Counted from the stretch's first letter, positions 49,991 to 59,141 are shown. The stretch: DNA of 64,000 nucleotides from an uncultured Candidatus Saccharibacteria bacterium (GCA_964348935.1 CAYGEJ010000003.1:7287-71286), one strand, 5' to 3'. The notes: generated by a model from the sequence alone, not told the origin. Translations and numbers: made by a program.

Positions 49991-50566
49991 TTATTCTCCG
50001 GTTTTTCTATTAAATAATCTTCTCTTATTGGCTACTTTATTCATTTTCATCTGTTCATCAGTTTTGAATACCTGACTCTTCTTTTTCTCGTCGCTAGCAG
50101 CCCTCTTATTTACAGCTTCCTTGCTATCAACGCTTACTTCAGCAGGCTCTTCTTTTGCTTTATTTAAGAATCCAAGTTTGGCCTTACTAGCCTTACCAGC
50201 CTTGCGTTCTTCTAAAACTAAATTAATATGGCACATTTTTCGCTTTATTTCGAAAGCGCTCCCACGTGCTCTAGGGAAATACCTTTTCATAACTTTTCCC
50301 ATATCTGCTGTTACATCTTTAACAAAAAGGAATTGAGTGTCATATGAAAAATTATTTTTTGCATTGGCAATTGCGGATTCAAGCAACTTTATCAACATTG
50401 GAGCAGCTTTTTTATTTGCGTGCTGAAGCTGGACAATAGCATCCTGTGCATTCATACCCTTAATTAGGTTAGTTACCAAGCGCATTTTTCTTGGAGCAAT
50501 ATGAAGATGCCTTGCAGTAGCATGTACTAATTTAGGTGATTCAGTTTTTGTAGTTGCTTTATTCAT
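49991..50566 (-). CDS. rplV: 50S ribosomal protein L22 with a roughly 75-aa Lys/Glu-rich C-terminal extension
   Basis: 191 aa. L22 core in the first 115 aa, then a charged low-complexity tail. Confidence 0.9.
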   Translation of the reverse strand: MNKATTKTESPKLVHATARHLHIAPRKMRLVTNLIKGMNAQDAIVQLQHANKKAAPMLIKLLESAIANAKNNFSYDTQFLFVKDVTADMGKVMKRYFPRARGSAFEIKRKMCHINLVLEERKAGKASKAKLGFLNKAKEEPAEVSVDSKEAVNKRAASDEKKKSQVFKTDEQMKMNKVANKRRLFNRKTGE

Positions 50567-50627
50567 AATTCAGTTGCTAAGTAACTTATATACTTATTCG
50601 CTTATTTACTCATATGCTTGTTTTAAA

Positions 50628-50960
50628 CTACTTCTTTGCTGGTTCCTTTGTGGCTGTCATTTTGGCTTTTTCTGCTTCAGCTTTTGCCATTTCTTGCTCT
50701 TTAGCCATCTTACCACCATGCCTAATGAATTTGCGAGTAGGAGAGAATTCACCTAATTTGTGACCAACCATGTTGTCGGTAACAAATACAGGCGTGTGTG
50801 CCCTGCCGTTATGCACCAAGAAGGTAAAGCCTACAAATTCCGGAGCAATAGTACAGGAACGAGACCAGGTTTTAATCTGGGTTTGTCCGGCTTTGCCGTT
50901 TTGCACTTTCTTTAAGACTCTTGGGTCTACGTATGGTCCTTTTTTAAGTGATCTAGACAT
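50628..50960 (-). CDS. rpsS: 30S ribosomal protein S19
   Basis: 110 aa. Has a C-terminal Lys/Ala-rich tail. Confidence 0.95.
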   Translation of the reverse strand: MSRSLKKGPYVDPRVLKKVQNGKAGQTQIKTWSRSCTIAPEFVGFTFLVHNGRAHTPVFVTDNMVGHKLGEFSPTRKFIRHGGKMAKEQEMAKAEAEKAKMTATKEPAKK

Positions 50961-50963
50961 AAA

Positions 50964-51800
50964 TTACTTAGCTCTTCTCTTTATTATCATTTGATTAGAA
51001 TACTTTTTCTTACTTCTGGTCTTCACTCCGAGTGCGTGTCTGCCCCAAGGAGTTTTTGGATATTTCATACCAATTGGGTTATGACCTTCTCCTCCACCAT
51101 GAGGGTGATCTACTGGGTTCATAGCTTTACCACGTACACTTGGTCTCCAACCCATCAATCTCTTTCTTCCGGCTTTTCCAATTCTGACATTCATCCAGTC
51201 ACTGTTAGCAAGTTGTCCAATTGTAGCTAAACAAGTATCTTTAACTTTTCTAATTTCACTGCTAGGAAGCTTAAGTAAGGAATAGCCTGCTTCTGTAGTT
51301 TGCAATGTTGCGTATGCGCCTGCACTTCTAGCCATTCTGCCACCTTGTCCAGGTGCTAACTCTATATCGTGAACCAAAGTACCTACAGGTATATTCTTTA
51401 AAGCTAAACGGTTTCCAGGTAAAATTTCTGCTGTTTCGCCGTACATTACTCTGTCGCCAACTTTAAGCCCTTGTGGGGTTAAAATATATTGCTTGTCTCC
51501 GTTAGAATATGCTAATAAAGAAATAAAAGCAGTTCTGGTTGGATCGTATTCAATAGTAGTAACTATAGCAGGAATATTCTTTTTATTCTCTCTGGAAAAA
51601 TCTACAATTCTGTATTTGCGTCTGGCTCCACCACCCTGGTGTCTAACAGTAATTTTACCGCTGTTGTTGCGACCTGCTGGCTTAGCCTTGCTGACAATTA
51701 AACCTTTAGGGGTTTTAGTCTTTTTATGCAATACCGAATAATCGGTCACACTATGAATGCGCCTTCCAGGAGATGTTGGTTTGTATAATTTTACGGCCAT
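50964..51800 (-). CDS. rplB: 50S ribosomal protein L2
   Basis: 278 aa. C-terminal GGGEGHNP... region conserved. Confidence 0.97.
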   Translation of the reverse strand: MAVKLYKPTSPGRRIHSVTDYSVLHKKTKTPKGLIVSKAKPAGRNNSGKITVRHQGGGARRKYRIVDFSRENKKNIPAIVTTIEYDPTRTAFISLLAYSNGDKQYILTPQGLKVGDRVMYGETAEILPGNRLALKNIPVGTLVHDIELAPGQGGRMARSAGAYATLQTTEAGYSLLKLPSSEIRKVKDTCLATIGQLANSDWMNVRIGKAGRKRLMGWRPSVRGKAMNPVDHPHGGGEGHNPIGMKYPKTPWGRHALGVKTRSKKKYSNQMIIKRRAK

Positions 51801-51818
51801 ATAATAAATCTAAATATT

Positions 51819-52187
51819 TTATACTACGTCGGTTAATCCTTCAATCTTGTCGCCTTTTCTAAGTGTAACGATTGCTTTTTTAAAGGCTTGTGTCTTTCCT
51901 TTTGTTTTACCAAAAGTCCTGACTTTGCCTTTGTTATTAATCATATTCACTTGAACAACCTTCACTTTATAAAATGCTTCTACAGCTTTCTTAACTTCTA
52001 CTTTATTGGAAGCTTTTAAAACTTTAAAAACATATTTATTTAATGCAGACAAATGTCCGGATTTTTCAGAAATTCGTGGTTGGATTAAAACAGTAGGAAT
52101 TCTAATTTCAGGTGCGGATGAAGAAGAAGCTTCTGCTACTGCAGCCTTCTCTTTCTTTTCTTCAGTTTTACTCTTTAGAATGGCCAT
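51819..52187 (-). CDS. rplW: 50S ribosomal protein L23 (with N-terminal extension)
   Basis: 122 aa. L23 core in the C-terminal two-thirds. Confidence 0.85.
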   Translation of the reverse strand: MAILKSKTEEKKEKAAVAEASSSSAPEIRIPTVLIQPRISEKSGHLSALNKYVFKVLKASNKVEVKKAVEAFYKVKVVQVNMINNKGKVRTFGKTKGKTQAFKKAIVTLRKGDKIEGLTDVV

Positions 52188-52212
52188 ATGTATGGAAAAT
52201 TATCTTCTGGAA

Positions 52213-52869
52213 TTATTTCTTCTCTTTAATCTTTAAATAAGTTTTTTCAATTACTCCAAGACTGTCTTTTAACACAATCATGCTATCAGCCTTTAAAACA
52301 TCAACGAGGTTCAAGCTACTAGCCAATACGGCTGTTACAAAAGGAAGGTTTCTGGTGCCTCTGACCAATTTGTCGTCTTTCTTAGGCATAACCAACAACT
52401 GCTTTTTGCCGATAGTATTTACCGAGGCTTTTAAACCTTGTAAAACCTTCAACATATCTTTAGTTTTTGGTTGATCTAAGTTAATTTGGTCAACAACGAT
52501 AAATTGATTGTCTTTAGCTTTATCGGAAAGGGTCATAAACAAAGCCTGAGTTTTAGCCTTCTTGTTTATTTTTAATTCCCAGTTGCGAGTAGATCTTGGA
52601 CCAAAGGTAACTCCACCATGTCTCCAAATAGGACTTCGTGTAGAACCAGCGCGAGCTCTTCCAGTACCTTTTTGCTTCCAAGGCTTTTTACCACCACCAC
52701 TTACTTCACCTCTGGTTTTGGTATTAGAGCTTCCCTGACGGGAGTTAGTCATATGAATTCTAGTTGCTTCAGCGAGTAAATGAGCGTTTGGCTTAACATC
52801 AAAAATCTTTGAGTTTAACTCAATATCGCCAATGGCTTCTGCTTTCTGGTTGTAAAGTTTGACTTTCAT
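52213..52869 (-). CDS. rplD: 50S ribosomal protein L4
   Basis: 218 aa, KPWKQKGTGRAR motif. Confidence 0.95.
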   Translation of the reverse strand: MKVKLYNQKAEAIGDIELNSKIFDVKPNAHLLAEATRIHMTNSRQGSSNTKTRGEVSGGGKKPWKQKGTGRARAGSTRSPIWRHGGVTFGPRSTRNWELKINKKAKTQALFMTLSDKAKDNQFIVVDQINLDQPKTKDMLKVLQGLKASVNTIGKKQLLVMPKKDDKLVRGTRNLPFVTAVLASSLNLVDVLKADSMIVLKDSLGVIEKTYLKIKEKK

Positions 52870-52890
52870 AGTGTTAGATACTCAACTAGT

Positions 52891-53556
52891 TTATTTCTTC
52901 TTCTTAACTTCTTTTTCCTTTTCAACTCTTACCAAATCCTTTACTTTTCCGGTCGAAACAATTTTTACTAAACCGTTTCTGTGTCCTGGAACAGCACCTT
53001 TTAAAGTAATTAGGTTATTCTTGGCGTCCACTTCAACAACTTGCAAATTCTTAACAGTAACTTGTTCTACACCAAAGTGACCAGCCATTCTCATACCTTT
53101 TCTGACGTGCTGAGGAAAACGTTGTCCAATAGAACCAACACTGCGTGGCTTATCGTGACCGTGACTAGCAGGAAAACCAGCGAAACCATGTCTTTTCATA
53201 GCACCAGCGAAACCTCTACCTTTACTTACACCTATTATATCTACCACTTCTCCAGGGACGAAACCAGAAATATCAACATTTTGTCCTTTGGTATATTTTT
53301 CAGCATCTTCTACTCTAAATTCAGATAAAACGGCAAAACTTCCCAAATCCTTTAAGTGACCTTGTAAAGATTTAGAAAGCTTTTTCTTTTTTCCCGTACC
53401 AATTTGTACTGCGCTATATTTGTCTTTTCCGGAAATAGTCTTAACCTGAGTCACAACCATTTTACCAGCTTTTACCACAGTAACAGGAATAACTTCACCA
53501 GTGGCGGAGTCAAAGTACTGAGTCATATTCAATTTGTGTCCAACTAAGAAGTTCAT
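52891..53556 (-). CDS. rplC: 50S ribosomal protein L3
   Basis: 221 aa, GFAGAMKRHGFAG motif. Confidence 0.95.
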   Translation of the reverse strand: MNFLVGHKLNMTQYFDSATGEVIPVTVVKAGKMVVTQVKTISGKDKYSAVQIGTGKKKKLSKSLQGHLKDLGSFAVLSEFRVEDAEKYTKGQNVDISGFVPGEVVDIIGVSKGRGFAGAMKRHGFAGFPASHGHDKPRSVGSIGQRFPQHVRKGMRMAGHFGVEQVTVKNLQVVEVDAKNNLITLKGAVPGHRNGLVKIVSTGKVKDLVRVEKEKEVKKKK

Positions 53557-53701
53557 GTTCTAGAAAATTAAAAATACGGGCCGATTTGCCCGCATGAATA
53601 AAAATAGATTAGTCTATCCTTACTTATGTGAGTAAATCGTTTTCTATTTCCTTGATCTGCCAGCTGGCAAATTTGGGGTAATAGAACTAATTTACAATTA
53701 T

Positions 53702-54025
53702 TTAACTCATCTTGATTTCTACATCTACTCCTGCCGGTAAGCTCAAATTTGTTAGAGCGTCTATTGTCTTTGGAGTTGCGGAGACTATATCTATTAATCT
53801 CTTATGGACACGCATTTCAAATTGCTCTCTACTGTCTTTGTGTACGAAAGTGGAACGAAGTACAGTGTACTTTGTTTTTTCGGTTGGCAATGGAATGGGC
53901 CCAGAAATAGTAGCGCCAGTTCGCTTGGCTGTTTCCACAATCTGTTTAGCACTTTGATCAATAAGCTTATGGTCATAAGCTCTTATCTTTATGCGGATTT
54001 TTGGTACTGCTACTTCCTTGTCCAT
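53702..54025 (-). CDS. rpsJ: 30S ribosomal protein S10
   Basis: 107 aa, [15 protein letters not shown]-terminus. Confidence 0.95.
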   Translation of the reverse strand: MDKEVAVPKIRIKIRAYDHKLIDQSAKQIVETAKRTGATISGPIPLPTEKTKYTVLRSTFVHKDSREQFEMRVHKRLIDIVSATPKTIDALTNLSLPAGVDVEIKMS

Positions 54026-54105
54026 TTTGTTAAGGATCTTATTTATATTTAATTAAATTATGCGCTTTTTAAAAGGCTTTTATTCTTTTTCGAAGCACTT
54101 GCAAT

Positions 54106-54134
54106 ATTTTATACGATGTTTGTATATTTGTCAA
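54106..54134 (-). promoter_or_regulatory. Candidate sigma70-type promoter of the S10 operon (minus strand)
   Basis: The reverse complement gives TTGACA, a 17-nt spacer, then TAAAAT, about 80 nt upstream of rpsJ. Confidence 0.45.
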
Positions 54135-54171
54135 ATGGTTTATACCACAATTTCATATACAACTAACAACC

Positions 54172-54200
54172 TTGACAAAAGGCTTGAAAAGGTGTATAAT
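54172..54200 (+). promoter_or_regulatory. Near-consensus sigma70-type promoter driving the plus-strand island genes
   Basis: TTGACA (54172-54177), a 17-nt spacer, then TGtTATAAT with TATAAT at 54195-54200. Confidence 0.55.
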
Positions 54201-54316
54201 AAATATCTTAGTGTCAAAATTTAGTGAATATTTATTTGGATTTAATGGCTTTCCTATGCGGGAAAAACTATAAAATCTTAATCTGGTGCTCGCTAAACAA
54301 TCTCCTGGAGGAGAAA

Positions 54317-54487
54317 ATGAAACAAGACCACTCGAACCTTGATTGGTTCGTAAGGGATTTCATGACAGTGATCATAATCCTTTTCGTGTTGTTTGCCCCG
54401 ACCGTCTGGCTGACACTGGATACGGCCAACATTAAAGGAAATCCATCGGCCTACGTTTGGGAGCGAACCGTCGTCGCAATTAAATAG
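54317..54487 (+). CDS. 56-aa small membrane peptide (one TM)
   Basis: A GGAGGAG Shine-Dalgarno lies 6 nt upstream. Hydrophobic core VIIILFVLFAPTVWLTL. This is the shorter in-frame start within track ORF 54224..54487. Confidence 0.45.
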   Translation: MKQDHSNLDWFVRDFMTVIIILFVLFAPTVWLTLDTANIKGNPSAYVWERTVVAIK

Positions 54488-54509
54488 CGATGGCGAATAA
54501 AACAAAAAT

Positions 54510-54557
54510 GGAAGCGTGTCGGCTCCCCCCACGCGCTTCCACCAATTTTCTTTTTTT
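54510..54557 (+). terminator. Intrinsic terminator after the small peptide gene
   Basis: GGAAGCGTG...CACGCGCTTCC stem followed by a T7 run. Confidence 0.6.
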
Positions 54558-54671
54558 ACTACTTACTACACAAGCTAATATTTCTTCTAGCAAAATTGTT
54601 TACAAATCCTTGTAACCAGTTTTGTCAGAAGGATAGCAGTATCAAATTCTTCGACAACAGGGAGAATCCCC

Positions 54672-54968
54672 ATGCAAATAGTTCTGGACCAAAAAGGCTT
54701 CTACGAAGCCGCACTGCTCGGCCTCGAGGCGCAAAAAACGCGCATCGAGAAAATGATCACCGGCATTAAGCAACTCGCCGGCAAAAAACCGGTAACGACG
54801 AACATCGCCGAGGCGGCCAAAGTCGCCATCGGCGCCCGCAAAAAGCACGCCAACGGTGCCGGCGCCAAACGCAAAAAACGGAACCTGAGCCCCGAAGCTC
54901 GCCAGCGTATCGCCGATGCGCAAAAGAAGCGCTGGGCGGCGTTCCGGAAGGACGGCGCGGCGGCCTAA
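54672..54968 (+). CDS. 98-aa basic Lys/Arg/Ala-rich protein, possibly nucleic-acid-binding
   Basis: Spot counts of about 55% GC. AGGGAGA Shine-Dalgarno. Helical N-terminus, then GARKKHANGAGAKRKKRNLSPEARQRIADAQKKRWAAFRK. Confidence 0.5.
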   Translation: MQIVLDQKGFYEAALLGLEAQKTRIEKMITGIKQLAGKKPVTTNIAEAAKVAIGARKKHANGAGAKRKKRNLSPEARQRIADAQKKRWAAFRKDGAAA

Positions 54969-55013
54969 AGGAGGAATATAGCGAAATATGATGTTTCGCT
55001 CAAACAAACACAC

Positions 55014-55050
55014 GCGGTAGAAGACACTATGTCTTTTACCGCTATTTTTT
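55014..55050 (+). terminator. Intrinsic terminator after the basic-protein gene; its stem overlaps the stop of a 10-codon mini-ORF
   Basis: GCGGTAGAAGACA-CTA-TGTCTTTTACCGC stem followed by a T-run. Confidence 0.5.
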
Positions 55051-55109
55051 ATATTTGCTAAATTTCTATAAAATCTCTAGACTACTATAAAATCACTAAG
55101 GGGGAAACG

Positions 55110-55484
55110 ATGCCTAAACACACCGTCTTCTTTATTTTTTTCGCCCTAGGCCTTAATGCCCAGCAAGCGAGCGAGAGTAAGTTCCGTTGTAGCGACGGGA
55201 ACGTAACTTGGAAACCCGGCAACACGCCGAGCACAAAGGATCAAGGGTCCGCGCAAACGGAGTGCTGCAAGCTCCGCACCAACTACCAAAACTACGGCAA
55301 AGACCAAAAAGACCTGGAGGCATGCAAAAATATACCTCCGGACAAAGAACGTCTTGACCTGTTCTATGTAGAGTGTCGTATGTTCAATATGCCGTGGTGC
55401 TCCTATCTACTCCCCAAATCAATGGGAAAGGACTACTCCACCAAACCCAAACCTCCTGCAAAGGCCACAAAGAAACTCAAGTAA
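55110..55484 (+). CDS. Small secreted Cys-rich protein (8 Cys), Lys-rich C-terminal tail
   Basis: 124 aa. AAGGGGG Shine-Dalgarno. Signal peptide MPKHTVFFIFFALGLNAQQA. The GC is elevated. Confidence 0.5.
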   Translation: MPKHTVFFIFFALGLNAQQASESKFRCSDGNVTWKPGNTPSTKDQGSAQTECCKLRTNYQNYGKDQKDLEACKNIPPDKERLDLFYVECRMFNMPWCSYLLPKSMGKDYSTKPKPPAKATKKLK

Positions 55485-55491
55485 ATCCACC

Positions 55492-55530
55492 GGTCGGGAT
55501 ACCTCTCAGGTTCCCCGACCGCATTTTTTT
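55492..55530 (+). terminator. Intrinsic terminator after the Cys-rich protein gene
   Basis: GGTCGGG...CCCGACC stem followed by a T8 run. Confidence 0.6.
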
Positions 55531-55606
55531 AATTAAACTATTTTTCTCAATGCTAATTGCATTCTCTCCTCTATGTATAAATAGAAATTTTATTTACACA
55601 TCTGCC

Positions 55607-55647
55607 AAAACAAAACTCCTCCCGATAAAATCGGGAGGAGTTTTTCT
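55607..55647. terminator. Bidirectional intrinsic terminator, serving tuf on the minus strand
   Basis: AAACTCCTCCCGAT-AAAA-TCGGGAGGAGTTT with flanking A/T tracts. Confidence 0.65.
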
Positions 55648-55673
55648 ATAAACTATTAGCTAACAGCTATAAG

Positions 55674-56855
55674 CTATTTTAAAATTTTTGTTACAACACC
55701 AGCACCTACAGTGTGCCCACCTTCTCTGATGGCGAATTTACCTTTTTCTTCTAAAGCTACTGGGGTAATTAACTTAACTACCAATTTTACAGTATCTCCA
55801 GGCATAACCATTTCTTGGCCTTCTGGCAAAGTAATGTCACCGGTAACGTCGGTTGTTCTAATGTAGAATTGTGGCTTATAACCTTTAAAGAATGGAGTAT
55901 GACGTCCGCCTTCTTCTTTGGTCAAAACATAAATTTCAGTTTCAAATTCTGTATGTGGGTTAATGGAACCTGGTTTACATAATACTTGTCCGCGTTCTAC
56001 TTCATCTTTCTTAGTACCACGAAGCAAAATACCAGCATTGTCCCCTGCCATACCGCTATCTAACTGTTTATTGAACATTTCAATACCAGTTACAACAGTT
56101 TTTGCTGTTGGCTTAAGACCAACGATTTCAATTTCTTCGTTAATCTTAATTTGACCTCTTTCAATTCTACCTGTGACTACAGTTCCTCTTCCTTCAATTG
56201 AGAAAATGTCTTCGATAGGCATTAAGAAAGGTTGATCAACTTCACGAGTAGGATCAGGGATGTAAGTATCTAAAGTATCAACCAATTTTAAAATAGTTGC
56301 TTCATATTCAGCATCGCCTTCCAAAGCTTTCAAAGCAGAACCACGAATAATTGGAGTATCTTTTCCAGGGAAATCATACTTTGTCAAAAGATCTCTAATT
56401 TCTTCTTCTACTAAGTCCAACAGTTCAGCATCCTGAACCATATCACACTTGTTCATATAAACAACAATGAACTTAACACCTACCTGGTTAGCAAGCAAAA
56501 TATGCTCACGAGTTTGAGGCATTGGACCGTCAGCGGCGGATACCACCAAAATAGCACCATCCATTTGAGCAGCACCAGTTATCATGTTTTTGATATAGTC
56601 AGCGTGACCAGGACAGTCTACGTGAGCGTAGTGTCTCTTGGCGCTTTCGTATTCAACGTGAGCGGTGTTAATGGTAATACCACGGGCTTTTTCTTCAGGA
56701 GCGTTATCGATAGAATCGTATGCTCTTGCTTTTGCTCCTCCAGTTTTGGAAAGCACAGTAGTAATAGCAGCTGTCAAAGTGGTTTTACCGTGGTCAACGT
56801 GACCAATGGTTCCAACGTTGACGTGTGTCTTACTACGGTCAAATTTATCAGCCAT
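55674..56855 (-). CDS. tuf: Elongation factor Tu
   Basis: 393 aa. [14 protein letters not shown] and NKCD G-motifs. Confidence 0.97.
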   Translation of the reverse strand: MADKFDRSKTHVNVGTIGHVDHGKTTLTAAITTVLSKTGGAKARAYDSIDNAPEEKARGITINTAHVEYESAKRHYAHVDCPGHADYIKNMITGAAQMDGAILVVSAADGPMPQTREHILLANQVGVKFIVVYMNKCDMVQDAELLDLVEEEIRDLLTKYDFPGKDTPIIRGSALKALEGDAEYEATILKLVDTLDTYIPDPTREVDQPFLMPIEDIFSIEGRGTVVTGRIERGQIKINEEIEIVGLKPTAKTVVTGIEMFNKQLDSGMAGDNAGILLRGTKKDEVERGQVLCKPGSINPHTEFETEIYVLTKEEGGRHTPFFKGYKPQFYIRTTDVTGDITLPEGQEMVMPGDTVKLVVKLITPVALEEKGKFAIREGGHTVGAGVVTKILK

Positions 56856-57040
56856 TTGTTTTAGCCTTTCTTTCTCCTGCCTAGGCAGGAGGATTTGCTC
56901 GAGAAACCCTAGGTCTTAAGCCCTGTAGATATTTGGCACAAGACCAAGGGTTTATCTCTTTTTTCCCTTACGGAATCCAGAGCAAAAATTAATTATTTAC
57001 ATAAATATCCGCCAAAATGTTATTAAGGCGAACAAGATAT

Positions 57041-57069
57041 ATTTTAAAGATATTTAATCTAATTGTCAA
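57041..57069 (-). promoter_or_regulatory. Candidate sigma70-type promoter for tuf with a roughly 185-nt leader
   Basis: The reverse complement gives TTGACA (57064-57069), a 17-nt spacer, then TAAAAT (57041-57046). Confidence 0.4.
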
Positions 57070-57077
57070 ACCGGAGC

Positions 57078-57665
57078 TTATTTCGTAAATTTAAAAGTAT
57101 TTAAAATTTGCTCTAAAACTTCCATTGGCTTTGTTTGGTCTATTTCTGTTTTTGTACCTGGCTCATAATTAGAAATATTGGCAGTATGAATGGTTAAAGC
57201 CAACTCAAAGCAACTGTTACCGTTAAGTGTTCTATAAATTGTGGCATCGTATAAATTTCCAGCTCCTACACCAGAAGTTTGACCTACATAATAGGTAATG
57301 CCGTTAATTACCTTCGTAGATGTCATTGGCTTGCCAGTATCCTGGTTCATAAAACACAGCGCACTATCTTTAGCATAGGCAGTACTTATTGTAAAAGCTG
57401 AATCTATAAAATTAGTTTCTGGATAACTATTTTTTAAAGGTTGAATTTGGACAATTGGCTCAGAAAGGGTTGCGTAAGATGCTTGGGTAAAGCCAAAGTC
57501 TTGTGGATACTTAAATTCAAAGCTATACGGAATAAAAATATAAGTAGACCAATTATCTATTAGTTCTTGATTATTAATTGGCGTTGGATTTTCTACGACT
57601 GGCGATGTTTTATTACAACTTACTGCTAAAAACGCAACTGCTAGTAACAAATATATTTTTTTCAT
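57078..57665 (-). CDS. Putative lipoprotein
   Basis: 195 aa. Signal peptide with lipobox LAVSC. Confidence 0.5.
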   Translation of the reverse strand: MKKIYLLLAVAFLAVSCNKTSPVVENPTPINNQELIDNWSTYIFIPYSFEFKYPQDFGFTQASYATLSEPIVQIQPLKNSYPETNFIDSAFTISTAYAKDSALCFMNQDTGKPMTSTKVINGITYYVGQTSGVGAGNLYDATIYRTLNGNSCFELALTIHTANISNYEPGTKTEIDQTKPMEVLEQILNTFKFTK

Positions 57666-57721
57666 ATTTTTTTCTTTAATGATTTATCTGCGTTATCTGT
57701 CTTAATCTGCGTATCTGTGGT

Positions 57722-58120
57722 TTATATATCATCTAAATCTAATTTTGGACCTTCAAAGTCAAAAGAAGGGTCTATAACTTCTTCTCTCAAATCAACCGCT
57801 CCGGGACGCGTGATTGGATGACCGTCAAACCGAGTAAGATCTGGCGGATGACTAATAACAGTTGGTCCTTTTTCTACTTGTTTATTTGAAATTGCAATAT
57901 CTGATACTACCGGAGTAATATCTTCAGTTAATTGCGCGTTTAATATTTCCTTATTAATTTTTTCAACATCTAGCATTTGCTTCTGTAGTTTACCAATAAG
58001 TAGTTTTTGATACTCCTCTACAGGCATAATTACCAAACTTGCATTCCCCTGCTCGTCCAATATAAAAAACTTTCCTCCATCCGCCTTCGCTAAATTAATA
58101 AGGTCATTTAAATTGTTCAT
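57722..58120 (-). CDS. Hypothetical acidic protein
   Basis: 132 aa, no motif recognised. Confidence 0.35.
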   Translation of the reverse strand: MNNLNDLINLAKADGGKFFILDEQGNASLVIMPVEEYQKLLIGKLQKQMLDVEKINKEILNAQLTEDITPVVSDIAISNKQVEKGPTVISHPPDLTRFDGHPITRPGAVDLREEVIDPSFDFEGPKLDLDDI

Positions 58121-58533
58121 AAGTTTATAAATATTAAGCGTGTCATTCCAGACTCGCCTGCCCTCCTTTGGAGAGATCCGGAATCCATGAATATTCTATA
58201 TTAAGTTTCCCTCCACCAGCTGGCGGATTATCGAGAATGACAAATCAATAACCTCCCTTAATCCCTCCTCTGCAAGGAGGGAAATTACTGCAGTTGCAGT
58301 TATTCCTCTCCCTTTTAGGGGAGAAGGTTAGCCTGCCCGCCGTAGCCTTGGCGAAGGAGGGGTGAGGGTACTTAATCCTCTAACTCTCTTAATTATACTC
58401 GCCCGCTCGGGCATTTACAACTACTATAATTTTTGATATTCTACAGTGTCGTCACTAGCGCCGGCTAAACGACCCAATGCAAACCCGCTTTGAAGTTATT
58501 GGACTAGAATGACCGGTTGAGAGAGGAGGAAAT

Positions 58534-58755
58534 ATGGCACTTGAAGATTCAACAGCTAACACACCCCAAGACGAATCAGATCAAGCAAAACAAGCAAGGA
58601 GAATGCTTCTCCAAGAATTCTTGCTTGCATCAACAGAAAACCCAAGTCTCATCGCTGGGTTTTTTACCGAACCTATCCTTCAAGAAATAGTTGATCGAAT
58701 AACAAAGCGATCAAGACTTCTTACACAGCTGAAAACGGCCTTAAAACGCCGCTAG
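58534..58755 (+). CDS. 73-aa acidic/helical small protein
   Basis: A GAGGAGGA Shine-Dalgarno lies 5 nt upstream. Elevated GC. Followed by a T-rich terminator-like tract. Confidence 0.4.
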   Translation: MALEDSTANTPQDESDQAKQARRMLLQEFLLASTENPSLIAGFFTEPILQEIVDRITKRSRLLTQLKTALKRR

Positions 58756-58913
58756 CACTCTCGCCCAACGTCTACCGACCGCGGGCTTTTTTATTTGCCT
58801 ATTTACATTGCATAATTAATTTGTTATTCTGTACTGTCATCCTGGAACCGGCAGGATAGATACGTCCCAATGTAGGACGGAGTTAGTTTAGTACCGATAG
58901 TTAGGAGGAAACT

Positions 58914-59141
58914 ATGAGAAGATACATCATACCTTTGTCAGGGTTAGTGGTTTGCCTTGAATTATTGTATTGGGAGGCAACCCATAGAGACATGATTCCA
59001 CAGTTGTCTGACGGCATCAAAATAACGATGCTGATCATGACTCTCTTGGGGATGGGGGTGTTCGTATTCGGCATTGCCAAACCGCTGTGGAATGACTCCT
59101 GGAAGTACTGGGAGAAACGATTGAGAGGAGCGACGAAATGA
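58914..59141 (+). CDS. 75-aa two-TM membrane peptide
   Basis: TAGGAGGAA Shine-Dalgarno. Hydrophobic helices LVVCLELLYW and ITMLIMTLLGMGVFVFGIA. Its stop overlaps the next start (ATGA). Confidence 0.45.
   Translation: MRRYIIPLSGLVVCLELLYWEATHRDMIPQLSDGIKITMLIMTLLGMGVFVFGIAKPLWNDSWKYWEKRLRGATK

Noticed and set aside
58196-58230. TCCCTCCACCA string reminiscent of a tmRNA / tRNA-like 3' end
   Set aside because: No GGTTCGANTCC T-arm precedes it, no acceptor-stem partner is present, and no plausible tag reading frame ending in ...LAA was found.
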